A DNA stretch of 64,000 bases from a bacterium (GTDB lineage Bacteria > UBA8248), in the NCBI GenBank assembly GCA_965261085.1, contig OZ253442.1, forward strand, positions 3,488,001-3,552,000, written 5' to 3'. Below are positions 27,704-38,099 of this stretch, piece after piece. A model generated the notes under the pieces. It was not told where the DNA came from and did not search any database. It worked only from the letters and a program-made list of their open reading frames with translations. Positions within the stretch are counted from its first letter, which is position 1; each line of letters starts with the position of its first letter. A program made the translations under genes and the position numbers.

Positions 27704-28785
27704 CTCAGCTTCAGCGTCGCCAAACTCATGAGCGCCAAAACGACCGCCACAATCCAGAAGCGGACCGTCACCTTGGGTTCGGACCAACCCTCTTCCTCGA
27801 AATGGTGATGCAGCGGCGCCATGCGGAAGACACGCCGGCCGGTGAGCTTGAAGGAGACCACCTGCACGATGACCGAAAGCGTCTCGACTACGAACAAGCC
27901 GCCCACCAACAACAAAAGGATCTCCTGCTTGATCGCCAGCGCCACCGTGGCCAACAGCGCGCCCAGCGAAAGCGCGCCCACGTCGCCCATGAACACCTGC
28001 GCCGGATATGCGTTGAACCACAGGAATCCAAGCCCCGCGCCGAACATGGCGCCGCAGACGACGGCCAGTTCTCCCGCGCCCCGAACGTGGAGGATGAGCA
28101 AATACTTGGAGATGCCCGCATGGCCCGAGACGTAGCTGAAAACGAGATACGCCCCCGCCGCGATCAGCAGCGGGCCGATGGCGAGACCATCCAGGCCGTC
28201 CGTAAGATTCACGGCGTTGCTCGTCGACACGATGACGAGGGCGGCGTAGGGCACGAACCATATCCCGATGTCGGGTTGTAGGTTCTTAAAAAAGGGCACC
28301 ATGACGACGGGCTTGAAATCCATCTCCACGAAACCACTATAAAGGGCGTAACCCACGACGAGGCCGATGCCCCCTTGGATCAGGAATTTCATGGAAGGTC
28401 TCACGCCGTTTTTATCTTTCAGGATCACTTTCGTGTAGTCATCCCAGAAACCCAGAAGGCCGAAGGCGAGCAGAACGAAGAGGGCGAGCCAGATGTAGCC
28501 GTTTCCGAGGTCGTTCCACAGCAATACCGGCACGGCCACGCACAAGAGGATGAGAAGCCCTCCCATGGTTGGCGTTCCTTTTTTCGCCATATGGCTCTGG
28601 GGCCCATCGTCGCGGATAACTTCGCCGATTTGACGTTTCTGGAGATAACGAATCAGGAGAGGCCCCAGCAACAGCGACATGACGAGGGCGGAGAGCACCG
28701 CCGTCGCCGTCCTGAACGTGATGAAGCGAAACACGTTGAGCGCCGAGATCGTCTGACTCAAAGAAATGAAAGCGGAATAGAGCAT
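27700..28785 (-). CDS. mraY: Phospho-N-acetylmuramoyl-pentapeptide transferase
   Basis: KKGTPTMGG, NAVNLTDGLDGLA, FMGDVG, MAPLHHHFE. Confidence 0.98.
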   Translation of the reverse strand: MLYSAFISLSQTISALNVFRFITFRTATAVLSALVMSLLLGPLLIRYLQKRQIGEVIRDDGPQSHMAKKGTPTMGGLLILLCVAVPVLLWNDLGNGYIWLALFVLLAFGLLGFWDDYTKVILKDKNGVRPSMKFLIQGGIGLVVGYALYSGFVEMDFKPVVMVPFFKNLQPDIGIWFVPYAALVIVSTSNAVNLTDGLDGLAIGPLLIAAGAYLVFSYVSGHAGISKYLLILHVRGAGELAVVCGAMFGAGLGFLWFNAYPAQVFMGDVGALSLGALLATVALAIKQEILLLLVGGLFVVETLSVIVQVVSFKLTGRRVFRMAPLHHHFEEEGWSEPKVTVRFWIVAVVLALMSLATLKLR

Positions 28786-30200
28786 CAGATTTCCAATCCT
28801 TTCACGACGCGTTCCATCATCATCGAGCGCGACCCCTTAACCAAAACCCAATCACCGGAGAGGAGCACCCCGGCCAGCGAGTAGGCGGCCTCCTCCGGCG
28901 TGTCGAAATTCATCAGCCGGGCGCCGTCCATACCCTCCCGGCGCGCTTCATCGGAAGCGAGCGTCATCAGCGGTCCCACGCCCACGAACAGGTCCACACC
29001 GCAAGCAACCAGTTTCCGGCCCACTCCCCGGTGCGCGCTCTCGGCGGCCGGCCCCAATTCCGCCATGTCGCCGAGAACCGATATGAGCCGCCCATCGCCC
29101 CTGAGGGCGCTTGCGGTTTCCAGCGCCTGGGAAACGGACCCAGGATTCGCGTTGTAGGAATCATCCAGAAGATGCACGCCCGCGCGTCCTGGTATCTCGC
29201 GCGCCTGCAAGCGCATTTCGGGGAGAACGGCCCGGAAAAGTCCGGAAGCTATCTCATCCAGGGCGACACCCAGCGCAGACGCGCAAGCCGCGGCGGCCAG
29301 CGCGTTCAAGACGTTATGCCGCCCGAGCGCCTTGATTCGAACCTCGCTCTCACCGTCGGGGCAGCGGAGCGTAAAGCGAGTTCCATCGGCTGAGATATGA
29401 ATTCCATCCGCCCAAAATTCGCTTTGCGGAGAAAAGCCGAAGTGAATCACACGCCCGCCCATCGCCTCATATCTCTCGGCCAAAACGCGACTGTGCGCAT
29501 CCTCGTTCGAGAGCACGGCCACTCCGCCAGGAGGCATCGCCTCGAGTATCTCGCCTTTCGCGTCGCGCACCGCCTCCACGCTGCCCAGCCCCTCGATGTG
29601 GGCAGGCCCCACGTTCGTGATGACGGCGACCTGGGGCCGGGCGATTTCGGCAAGCCTCCTGATTTCACCGGCCTCGCTCATCCCCATCTCGAAAACGGCG
29701 CTCGCATGCTCCTCGTCCAAACGGAGAACCTGGCGCGGCAGACCCACCAGGTTGTTGAGGTTCCCTTCGCTCTTGCACGCCTCGCCGCTGGTGGAGAGCG
29801 CCGCGGCAATCATCTCCTTCGTCGTCGTCTTCCCGTTGCTGCCCGTCACCCCCACCACGGGTATATCGAAGCGGCTCCGGTGCGCGCGCGCCAGATCGCC
29901 CAAGGCTCGCAGCGTGTCCGCAACCTCGATGATGAAAATCGAATCCCAATCGAGCGCGTCTGTGCCCTGCTCAACGACGACGCCCGCAGCTTTTTTCTCC
30001 ACCGCCTGGGCCAGGAATTCCGCCCCGTCGAAATTGGGGCCCTTGAGCGCGATGAACAACTCGCCCGCTCTCAGCGTGCGCGTATCCGTGCTCGCACCTG
30101 CGGCATGGGCCGAACCGTCTCCGCGGATGAGCCTCCCATTTACGGCCTTCGCGATTTCATTTGCGCTGAAAACAGCCGCCATCGATTCCGCCCCTATCAT
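28785..30200 (-). CDS. murF: UDP-MurNAc-tripeptide--D-Ala-D-Ala ligase
   Basis: TGSNGKTTTKEM, EMGMS, DDSYNANP, LVKGSR. Confidence 0.96.
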   Translation of the reverse strand: MIGAESMAAVFSANEIAKAVNGRLIRGDGSAHAAGASTDTRTLRAGELFIALKGPNFDGAEFLAQAVEKKAAGVVVEQGTDALDWDSIFIIEVADTLRALGDLARAHRSRFDIPVVGVTGSNGKTTTKEMIAAALSTSGEACKSEGNLNNLVGLPRQVLRLDEEHASAVFEMGMSEAGEIRRLAEIARPQVAVITNVGPAHIEGLGSVEAVRDAKGEILEAMPPGGVAVLSNEDAHSRVLAERYEAMGGRVIHFGFSPQSEFWADGIHISADGTRFTLRCPDGESEVRIKALGRHNVLNALAAAACASALGVALDEIASGLFRAVLPEMRLQAREIPGRAGVHLLDDSYNANPGSVSQALETASALRGDGRLISVLGDMAELGPAAESAHRGVGRKLVACGVDLFVGVGPLMTLASDEARREGMDGARLMNFDTPEEAAYSLAGVLLSGDWVLVKGSRSMMMERVVKGLEI

Positions 30201-31705
30201 TTTTCATATCCCGCGAGGCGCAGCGCCGTGCGGGCCTCTTCGCGATCGTCAAACGCAGTGCGCTCGGTTCCCAGAATCTGATACGTCTCGTGCCCCTTGC
30301 CGGCGATGACCACGGCGTCTCCCTCGCGCGCCTCCGCGATGATCGCCCGAATCGCCTCGCGCCTGTCCAGAATGCTGCGCCAACGCCCATCACTCGCAGG
30401 CGCGAGAGCGGCGCCGGATTCCACTTCCCTCAGAATCGATGCAGGATCTTCCGTGCGCGGATTGTCGGAGGTCATCACCACGTAATCGCTCCCCCGCAAG
30501 GCGGCGGCGGCCATGAGCGGACGTTTTTTTCTGTCCCTGTCGCCCCCGCATCCCATAAGGGTGAGAATTCGCCTCTCCGTGATAGGCTGGGCGAACTCCA
30601 GCACACGGGCGAGAGCGTCCTCGGTATGCGCGTAATCCACCACCACCAGAAAGGGCTGGCCCGAATCTATCTTTTCAAAACGCCCGGGTATGTTCTTCAA
30701 AGACGTGATGCCCGCCGCCACTTCATCGAGCGTCAGACCCTGCGATAGACACGCCGCCGATGCGGCCAGGATATTGCTCAGGTTATGGCGGCCGATGAGC
30801 GCCGTTTCGACCCTCACTCCTCCGGCGGGCGTGAACATCTTGAAATTCATGCCCGCAGGAGAACTCGAGAGGTTCTCCGCGCCGAAGTCCGCCCTGGCGT
30901 CCAAAGCGTAGGTCCAGACTTTTCCCCTCGCCTCCGCAGCGATTCTTCTTCCGTAGGCGTCGTCGGTGTTGACGACGGAATTTGCGGGCGAGAAGTCTTG
31001 GAACAGCCTCAGTTTCGCCTGGAAATAAGACTCCATTTCGCCATGAAAATCGAGGTGGTCCTGGGTGAGGTTACTGAACACCGCCGCCTGAAACTCACAG
31101 CCGAGCAGCCTGCCCAGGGCCAGCCCGTGGCTCGACACTTCCATCACGGCATGGGAGGCGCCGGCGTCCGCCATCCGGCGCAGATACCGCTGGAGGTCGG
31201 GGCCTTCCGAAGTGGTGCGCGGCTCCTCGAACACCTCATCGCCCACACGGTAATGAATCGTCCCCATCAAGCCGGTGCGCCTGCCCGAGGATCGGAGAAT
31301 CGAATCGATGAGAAACGCGGTGGTCGTCTTCCCGTTGGTGCCCGTGACGCCGATGAGCGCCAGCTCTCCGGAGGGATGCCCGAAAAACGCATCGCCGATG
31401 CGGGATAAGGCCTCACGACACGAAGGCGCGACGAACTGGGGGATTTCAGGAGAGATGCCCTCTATTTTTCTCTCCACGACGAGGGCGGCGGCGCCCCCCT
31501 CAACCGCGTCTTTGGCGAAACCGTGCCCATCGGCCTGGAAACCCGCCACCGCGACGAAAACGTCGCCTGAGCGGACGAGGCGCGAATCGTAGGCCACGCC
31601 GGAGATTTGCGCGGAAAAATCTCCAGCGGCCTTCGCGCCGGGCATCGCCCGGGTCAATTCCTCGAATGAGGCGCTTTTCTCACTCACAACCATCACCCCG
31701 CTCAA
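30197..31705 (-). CDS. murE: UDP-MurNAc-dipeptide--meso-DAP ligase
   Basis: GTNGKTT, DYAHT, GCGGDRD, SDNPR (DAP-type), AGKGHE. Confidence 0.96.
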   Translation of the reverse strand: MSGVMVVSEKSASFEELTRAMPGAKAAGDFSAQISGVAYDSRLVRSGDVFVAVAGFQADGHGFAKDAVEGGAAALVVERKIEGISPEIPQFVAPSCREALSRIGDAFFGHPSGELALIGVTGTNGKTTTAFLIDSILRSSGRRTGLMGTIHYRVGDEVFEEPRTTSEGPDLQRYLRRMADAGASHAVMEVSSHGLALGRLLGCEFQAAVFSNLTQDHLDFHGEMESYFQAKLRLFQDFSPANSVVNTDDAYGRRIAAEARGKVWTYALDARADFGAENLSSSPAGMNFKMFTPAGGVRVETALIGRHNLSNILAASAACLSQGLTLDEVAAGITSLKNIPGRFEKIDSGQPFLVVVDYAHTEDALARVLEFAQPITERRILTLMGCGGDRDRKKRPLMAAAALRGSDYVVMTSDNPRTEDPASILREVESGAALAPASDGRWRSILDRREAIRAIIAEAREGDAVVIAGKGHETYQILGTERTAFDDREEARTALRLAGYEK

Positions 31706-33555
31706 CGCACCGCATCCTGTAAAGCCGCCATCGAGCGGTCGCCATGCAGATAAAGGCGAACCTCCCTTGCGGCGTCAAAAATCTTCTCGCCTATCGTTCG
31801 ATTCCCATTCTCCAGGTTGGCGCGAACACGGACCCGGGGGCGCAAATCCGCCACCTGCAGAATCCTCGTCCCCTTCGGGGGCACGCGCATATAGCGCAGC
31901 GCCTGCCAGGCGATTCGCCGCCAAACCGGCGCCGCGACCGTTCCCCCCCACGCGCCTCCAGGCGCCTTCCCCTCATCGAAGATGACGATGAGGGCGAAGC
32001 GGGGGTTCTCGTAGGGGGCAAAACCCACGAACGACATGATGAAATCCGACCGACTGTATCCCCTCCGGCCCGGGAGAACCTTCTGCGCAGTACCCGTTTT
32101 CCCCGCGGCGCCATAGCCTGGAATTTCGGCATTTCGCCCCGTGCCCTCGGCCACGACCTTCCTCATTAAAGCGCCGAGGCGCTTCGCCACGCGGCGAGAG
32201 AGGACGCGCCTGAACTGCGGTCCCTGGGCCGGAATCGTCCTTTTTCCGTCGCGTTCGATGGACTCGTGCAAAACGGGCTTGGGCATCTGGCCACCGTTCG
32301 CCACCGCGGCTACGGCCATCACCATTTGAAGCGGGGTGACACCCACTTCCTGGCCGATGGCTACCGCCGCCAATGAGGTTTTCGACCATTTCTCCGGTGA
32401 GCGGAGCACGCCCCGGGCTTCTCCGGGGAAATTGATTCCCGTCTTGCGGCCAAAGCCGAACCGGTGCGCCATGAAGTAGAGTTGGTGCTCGCCGACATCC
32501 CTCGCCATCTTAAAAGTGCCGATGTTCGATGATTTCACTATCGCCTGCTCGGCGGTGAGCCAGCCGTATTTTTTGTGATCGCGGAGGGTGTAGCGCCCCC
32601 CTCCAAACTTGTAGGAGCCATTTTCCGCGAAATACTTTTTAGAGAGCGATTCGCCCGCGTCCAGATAGGCCGCCGCCGTGACGATCTTGAACGTCGAGCC
32701 GGGTTCGTAGAATTCCTGTATGGTGGGTTCTTTCCAAAGGGATGCGCCATAAAGTTTATACGTGTTGGGGTTAAACCCCGGCACCGACGCCAAGGCCAGA
32801 ATTCTTCCGCTGTGGGGCTCGACCATCACGCCGATGGCGCGCCGCGCGCCCACCCGGCGGACCTGGGCGCTCAACTCTTTTTCGACGATATACTGAAGCA
32901 CCTCATCGATGGTAAGGCGAACGTCCGCGCCCGGACGCGCGGCCACGAGAACCCGCGCTTCGGGATGAACCGACCTGCCCTTCGCGTCGCGCTGGATGCG
33001 GATGCGGCCCACGCGCCCGCCCATGTGCTCCTGGTAGGATTGCTCCACGCCGTACATGCCCGCATCATCCACGCCAACGAAGCCGACCAGAGAGGATGCG
33101 AGTTCACGCTTGGGGTAAAAACGCCTGCTCTCGGTAACGAAGCCGAGGCCGTCGATCCCCAATTTTTCGATTCTTCTTTGTTGATCCGGATTGATTTTCC
33201 GCTTGAGCCACACATATCTGCGGCGGCCTTTCAATTTTTTGAAATAATCTTCTGTCGAGCCGCCCAGGATTTCCTTGAGCGCCAGCGAAGTGTTCCAGGG
33301 GTCGGCCACCTCCCTGGCGTTGGCGAAAAGAGAGGGCGCGTTGATGCTCACCGCCAGAGGCCGGCCCCTCACGTCCACGACGTCCCCTCGCCTGGGACGC
33401 ACCACGAGCGTGCGGCGCAACTGGCGCTCTGCGTAGGCCACGAGGCGGTCGCGGTCACGGATCTGGATGATGGAGAGCTTGACGCCCAACATGCAGAATC
33501 CAAAAACCACCAAGGCGCCGCAAACCATCAAGCGACGAGAGAAGCCCTGCTTCAT
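31702..33555 (-). CDS. ftsI: Penicillin-binding protein 3 (FtsI)
   Basis: EPGSTFK (SxxK), SSN, GKTGTAQ. Located in the dcw cluster. Confidence 0.93.
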   Translation of the reverse strand: MKQGFSRRLMVCGALVVFGFCMLGVKLSIIQIRDRDRLVAYAERQLRRTLVVRPRRGDVVDVRGRPLAVSINAPSLFANAREVADPWNTSLALKEILGGSTEDYFKKLKGRRRYVWLKRKINPDQQRRIEKLGIDGLGFVTESRRFYPKRELASSLVGFVGVDDAGMYGVEQSYQEHMGGRVGRIRIQRDAKGRSVHPEARVLVAARPGADVRLTIDEVLQYIVEKELSAQVRRVGARRAIGVMVEPHSGRILALASVPGFNPNTYKLYGASLWKEPTIQEFYEPGSTFKIVTAAAYLDAGESLSKKYFAENGSYKFGGGRYTLRDHKKYGWLTAEQAIVKSSNIGTFKMARDVGEHQLYFMAHRFGFGRKTGINFPGEARGVLRSPEKWSKTSLAAVAIGQEVGVTPLQMVMAVAAVANGGQMPKPVLHESIERDGKRTIPAQGPQFRRVLSRRVAKRLGALMRKVVAEGTGRNAEIPGYGAAGKTGTAQKVLPGRRGYSRSDFIMSFVGFAPYENPRFALIVIFDEGKAPGGAWGGTVAAPVWRRIAWQALRYMRVPPKGTRILQVADLRPRVRVRANLENGNRTIGEKIFDAAREVRLYLHGDRSMAALQDAVR

Positions 33556-33953
33556 GGGTCAACCTGATATGGGCGGTAGGAGGAAGGTACGTATTTTACA
33601 CTTCCGGGCCCTACTTTTACATACACTATTTGTCCGGGTTCCGGAAAAACCATTTCCATTTTTTTTCGCGCAATCGACTCGATGCGATCCAGCTGACGAA
33701 GCGCGGCCACTTCTATTCGCAAGACGCGCCTGTCCTGCAAGAGCTTTTCCCTTTGGCGCTCCAGATTCGCCAGACGATACCCGATCTTCACTATTTCCAG
33801 ATGCGGCCAGACCAAGGCGGCGGCGCTGCACGCGATGAAAGTAATGCACAAACCGGCCTTGAGCAGCGAAACACCCGGGCCGGCGGATGCCTTGCCGTAA
33901 AAACGCGCGCCGAATCTCTCTCTCCATCCGCTCCGGGTTTTCGAGCGCCTCAT
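33552..33953 (-). CDS. ftsL: Cell division protein FtsL
   Basis: TM helix plus leucine zipper, RIESIARKKMEM. Located between rsmH and ftsI. Confidence 0.85.
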   Translation of the reverse strand: MRRSKTRSGWRERFGARFYGKASAGPGVSLLKAGLCITFIACSAAALVWPHLEIVKIGYRLANLERQREKLLQDRRVLRIEVAALRQLDRIESIARKKMEMVFPEPGQIVYVKVGPGSVKYVPSSYRPYQVDP

Positions 33954-34873
33954 CTCCCAGAATCCCCGAGGCGTTCGGCGGCGCGCAGTTTCGCGCTGCG
34001 GCTGCGCGGGTTTTCTCTCACTTCCGACTCACCGGGCCGAACGACCTTGCGCGTCAGGAGCTCCAGGGTCGGCTCCTCGCCGCCGGAGAGTTCGCGAAAG
34101 AGATTCTTGACGATTCTGTCCTCGAGCGAATGAAAGCTGATGACGACGATGCGCCCGCCCGGGCGCAGGAGGTCCACCGCATCGCGCAAGGAATCCTCGA
34201 GCGTCTCCATCTCGCGGTTCACGGCGATCCGCAGAGCCTGGAACGTCCGGGTCGCGGGGTGAATGCGCCAACTCCTCCCGCGGCGGCCGCTCCTTTTGGC
34301 GGCGACCGAAGCGATGAGCGATGCGAGTTCATCGCAACGCCTGACACCTCCATCCGCGCGCGCCCGTCCGATGGCGCGCGCGATGGCGCGGGAGTGGCGC
34401 TCTTCCCCATATCGATAGATGAGATCGGCGAGTTCTTCTTCCGGCAATTGCTGGATCAAATCGGCCGCGGACGTCCCCTGCGTTTGGTCCATTCGCATGT
34501 CCAAAGGCTCGGGCGCGTTCATGCGGAATCCACGGCCGGGCGTGTCGAGCTGCATCGAGGAAAGGCCGAGATCGAACAAAACGCCATCGACCGACTCATA
34601 CCCCTCGGCCCTTACGATGCGCTTCATCTCGCCATGATGCGCATGATGAATCCTGGCGGCGGACCCGTATTTCGCCAGCCGCTTTCTGCAGATATCGACG
34701 GCATCTCTGTCCCGGTCACAGCCGATCAGCACACCCGATGGCTGAACCGCATCCAAAACCGCGTCACTATGTTCCCCTCCGCCCAAGGTAGTATCCAAGA
34801 ACACAGTTCCCGGAGATGGCTCCAGGAAGCACAAGACCTCCTGAACCATGACCGGGACGTGAGATGCCGTCAT
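33950..34873 (-). CDS. rsmH: 16S rRNA m4C1402 methyltransferase
   Basis: HVPVM, DLGLSSMQLD, PLDMRMD, HPATRTFQALRI, SFHSLEDR. Confidence 0.96.
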   Translation of the reverse strand: MTASHVPVMVQEVLCFLEPSPGTVFLDTTLGGGEHSDAVLDAVQPSGVLIGCDRDRDAVDICRKRLAKYGSAARIHHAHHGEMKRIVRAEGYESVDGVLFDLGLSSMQLDTPGRGFRMNAPEPLDMRMDQTQGTSAADLIQQLPEEELADLIYRYGEERHSRAIARAIGRARADGGVRRCDELASLIASVAAKRSGRRGRSWRIHPATRTFQALRIAVNREMETLEDSLRDAVDLLRPGGRIVVISFHSLEDRIVKNLFRELSGGEEPTLELLTRKVVRPGESEVRENPRSRSAKLRAAERLGDSGR

Positions 34874-34972
34874 GTTTACGTTTTCACCGCAAAAGTCGTT
34901 CTCTGCGGCATATTCGCTTGAAATTGATTTTTCCAGTGCGGCAAACACACCCGCTCCCCCTTTGAGCCCGCA

Positions 34973-35422
34973 TCAGAATTCGAAATCGATCAAATCCTCA
35001 TCTGGAAGTTCTTCGGCTGCCCCATCGTGCACCTCGCCCATTTCCTTGCCCCATCTTCCCTTGTCCCAAATTTCGAGTTTGTTCTCGATGCCCACGATAA
35101 CGGCCTCTTTCTCGATGGAAGAACTCGCACGCAGTTTGGCGGGCAGCAGGATCCTGCCCTGCCGATCGAACTCGCATGATTCTGCGCGGCCATAGAGCCT
35201 TCGGAGTGTGCGGCGAACCTCTTTGGTGGAGGTGGAGAGATCGCTGAGTTTTTCGCTGAACCTGCGCTTCCACTCCTCCAGGGGATACGCAAATATGCAG
35301 CCGTCCTTGCCGAGAAGAACGACTTGGTCGCCGTACGTGGCGCTCAGATATTCTCTGAAACGCGCCGGAATGCTGACACGACCCTTCGCATCCACTGAGA
35401 CCGCATGGGAACTGATGAGCAT
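34973..35422 (-). CDS. mraZ: Transcriptional regulator MraZ
   Basis: DAKGRVSIP and DRQGRILLP repeats, KLEIWD. Confidence 0.95.
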   Translation of the reverse strand: MLISSHAVSVDAKGRVSIPARFREYLSATYGDQVVLLGKDGCIFAYPLEEWKRRFSEKLSDLSTSTKEVRRTLRRLYGRAESCEFDRQGRILLPAKLRASSSIEKEAVIVGIENKLEIWDKGRWGKEMGEVHDGAAEELPDEDLIDFEF

Positions 35423-35435
35423 CCTGACTGCACCT

Positions 35436-35460
35436 CCCACTTTACCCCATATTCTCCCAC
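35436..35460 (-). promoter_or_regulatory. MraZ operator (three TGGG repeats at 10-bp period)
   Basis: GTGGG-AGAAT-ATGGG-GTAAA-GTGGG between the -10 box and mraZ start. Confidence 0.8.
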
Positions 35461-35471
35461 TTAGGTTTATC

Positions 35472-35500
35472 TTTATACCCCGGCATATGATCTCTGTCAA
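35472..35500 (-). promoter_or_regulatory. Sigma70 promoter of the dcw operon
   Basis: TTGACA-17 bp-TATAAA. Confidence 0.8.
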
Positions 35501-36116
35501 CACGAAAATTTAAAAAAGTAAGAAAAAACAATGATTTCCATAAGAAAAAATGAAGGGATGCATCAAATTCTTCACACCAATTTCAGTGTTAAAATATAAT
35601 GTATTTCTTTAATAAAATAGATATAATATATTGAAATTTAAATTAGATTAAAATTTAGTGGGGAGTAGTGGGGATAATTTTAAATCGGAAAAGAAAAGAA
35701 GGGAGAAGCGAGCGTCATGGGCTCGACGAATTCGATCGTGGCGCCGGGCGCATCTCTCACCTCTTTGACCGATTTATCGAGGAAGCCCTCCAAACCCTAT
35801 CTGATGCATAGGGCGACGACGACAAGGAAGAGGCCCCGGAACCATCACAACGAAAGCAGAGCAAAAAAGACCAGCCCAGCGCGAAATATCTTTTTCGAGG
35901 GCTTGATGGTCGAGCGAACCCCCGACTGTCGGCCTCCACTTCCCGCATGGATGATGATGACGTGATGAGGCGCCCTATCTCCGCGCGGGTGAAAATAGGC
36001 GACAACTGCAGAACTCTACGATTGGTGAGCAAGACGAAACAGGGGCGGGAAATTCCCCTCCAGAGAATCCGCCTTCCGTATAAAACCCCGAGGCCAAGAA
36101 GCCCAGAAGGAGAAAA

Positions 36117-36989
36117 TCAAAAACAATGCTCTTCCGCGGGAAACGCGCCCTCTCGCACCTCGCGGCAATAGCGCTCTATCGCCTCCGTGGTCATTTGCCC
36201 GACATCGGCATACACCCTGACGAATTTCGGCGTGAAATCGCTGAACAGGCGAAGCATGTCGTGGGTGACGAGCACCTGGCCGTCGCAATCGGGACCTGCG
36301 CCGATGCCAATGGTGGGAATGTCGACTTCTTGCGTCACGCGAGCGCCCAGGGATGCCGGTATGCCCTCGAGCACGAGGGAGAACGCGCCGCCTTCCTGCA
36401 CGGCCACCGCGTCGCGCAGCACCTGGTCCGCACCTGCATCGGTTTTCCCCTGGACCTTGAAGCCACCGAACGCATGGACGCTTTGGGGCGTGAGGCCCAC
36501 GTGTCCCATCACGGGAATCTGGCTGTCCACCACCGCGCGTATCTCGTCTTTGACGCGAACGCCGCCTTCGAGCTTCACCGCCTCCGCGCAGCCCTCCTGG
36601 ATGAGACGGCCCGCGTTCAGGATGGTGTCGCGCACGCTGACGCCGAAGCTCAAAAACGGCAGGTCGGCCACGAGCAACGCCTTGGGTTTCGCGCGGCTCA
36701 CCGCTCTAGTGTGGTGCACCATGTCGCCCAGAGTCACCTTCGTCGTGTCGGGATACCCCAGAACAACCATTCCCAAGCTGTCACCAACCAGGATGACGTC
36801 CACATCGGCGTCATCTACGAGTTTCGCCGTGGGGTAGTCATACGCGGTGACGGAGGTGATCTTCTTCCCGCCCTTGCGCGCCCGAATGGTGGCGGTAGTG
36901 ACTTTCTTGCGCGTTTTCTTGTGCGCGCCGTTTCCGTTGATGGAGTTTTTACCGTTTGAATACAGCTTGGCGGGGCTTTTTGTGCTCAT
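36117..36989 (-). CDS. panB: 3-methyl-2-oxobutanoate hydroxymethyltransferase
   Basis: TAYDYP, LVGDSLG, AVKLEGG, GHVGLTPQ, IGIGAG. Confidence 0.96.
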   Translation of the reverse strand: MSTKSPAKLYSNGKNSINGNGAHKKTRKKVTTATIRARKGGKKITSVTAYDYPTAKLVDDADVDVILVGDSLGMVVLGYPDTTKVTLGDMVHHTRAVSRAKPKALLVADLPFLSFGVSVRDTILNAGRLIQEGCAEAVKLEGGVRVKDEIRAVVDSQIPVMGHVGLTPQSVHAFGGFKVQGKTDAGADQVLRDAVAVQEGGAFSLVLEGIPASLGARVTQEVDIPTIGIGAGPDCDGQVLVTHDMLRLFSDFTPKFVRVYADVGQMTTEAIERYCREVREGAFPAEEHCF

Positions 36990-37095
36990 GGTCGCTCCCT
37001 CTTGAGGTGAACGCCTGCGAAATGGCCGATTTTGATGCTTTGTCTTGCCCGTCAATGTGTCCAGGGCCAGCGGCTCCCGGCACGACTTGCAAAGA

Positions 37096-38088
37096 TTAAG
37101 AATCCTGCCCCTCGATGTCAAGGCGTGTATCGCCATGAGCACCGGATGTGAAATCTTTTTCAAGAGACAATACCCTATAATACAACGATTTATGTGTGGA
37201 AAACAAGATGCCGCGCGCATCCGCGCGCTTGATGAAGCGTCCCGTGACTTCGCGAATCTCGCTTCGGCGGCCCCGCATCAAATCCTGCCACATGGAATTT
37301 CTGTTTCCGGCCGTGGCGCGGGCGGTTTCCCGGACAATCTCCAGAGCATCGAGCGTCATTCCCTCCGCATCGATGAGCGCTTGCAACTCTTTCGACAGGG
37401 CGTCCACGAGCACCGCGGCGGATGGCGTGTCCAGCAATTCGCCGTTTCTGAGTTCAAGCGCGGCTCCGAGAGGGTTGATGACGGCGTTGGCCACCGCCTT
37501 TCTCCATTCCGCCTCTTTGCCGTCACGTTTTTGACGAACCCGAACGCCCAGAGGTTCCAAAAATTCCGCCAATCGCCTCACGAGAGCAGCGTCTTCCAAG
37601 GCCTCAGGCTCCGGAGCCAAGGTGACATCCAGCGCACCGAACTGGTTCACGTGTCCTGGTTTCGTGATCTCGGCCCCTGTGTTGACGAGACCCCTCACAA
37701 TCCCGCGTCCCCGATAAGAAGGCGGAAGATCCTTACAGACGTCCAACCCGTTCGAGAAAATGGCCGCGATTGTTCCCTCTCCCGCCATTTTTGAAAATTC
37801 CGCCGCCGCCGCTTCGATTCGTCCCGCTTTCACGGTGAAAAAAAGATGCGACGCCTTGAGGTCCATGGCTCCCCTGCACACGGAGGGGCGAGCCGTATAG
37901 GCCGCCTCGCCGTGAACCCTGACGCCGCTATCTTTTATTTCAGCCAGGTGTGCGGACGTCTCGGGGCTCGGGTCTTCGGAGCCCGCCAGATAAATTTTTT
38001 GCCCGGGGAGATTTTTTTGTAATTGCGCCGCAAGCATGGTTCCCACGGCGCCGGGGCCGATGACGACGACGGGACGGGTGTTATCCAA
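37096..38088 (-). CDS. panE: 2-dehydropantoate 2-reductase
   Basis: GPGAVG, FTVKA, WRKAVANAVINP, NSMWQD..GRRSEI. Adjacent to panB. Confidence 0.88.
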   Translation of the reverse strand: MDNTRPVVVIGPGAVGTMLAAQLQKNLPGQKIYLAGSEDPSPETSAHLAEIKDSGVRVHGEAAYTARPSVCRGAMDLKASHLFFTVKAGRIEAAAAEFSKMAGEGTIAAIFSNGLDVCKDLPPSYRGRGIVRGLVNTGAEITKPGHVNQFGALDVTLAPEPEALEDAALVRRLAEFLEPLGVRVRQKRDGKEAEWRKAVANAVINPLGAALELRNGELLDTPSAAVLVDALSKELQALIDAEGMTLDALEIVRETARATAGNRNSMWQDLMRGRRSEIREVTGRFIKRADARGILFSTHKSLYYRVLSLEKDFTSGAHGDTRLDIEGQDS

Positions 38089-38099
38089 GTGGACTCAGC

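Noticed and set aside
24040-28261. Apparent long N-terminal extensions or fusions on MurG (758 aa) and MurD (651 aa), similarly YggS (384 aa)
   Set aside because: The extensions are alternative frames overlapping ftsW, mraY and pgeF. Canonical starts exist at 25125, 27703 and about 17268.
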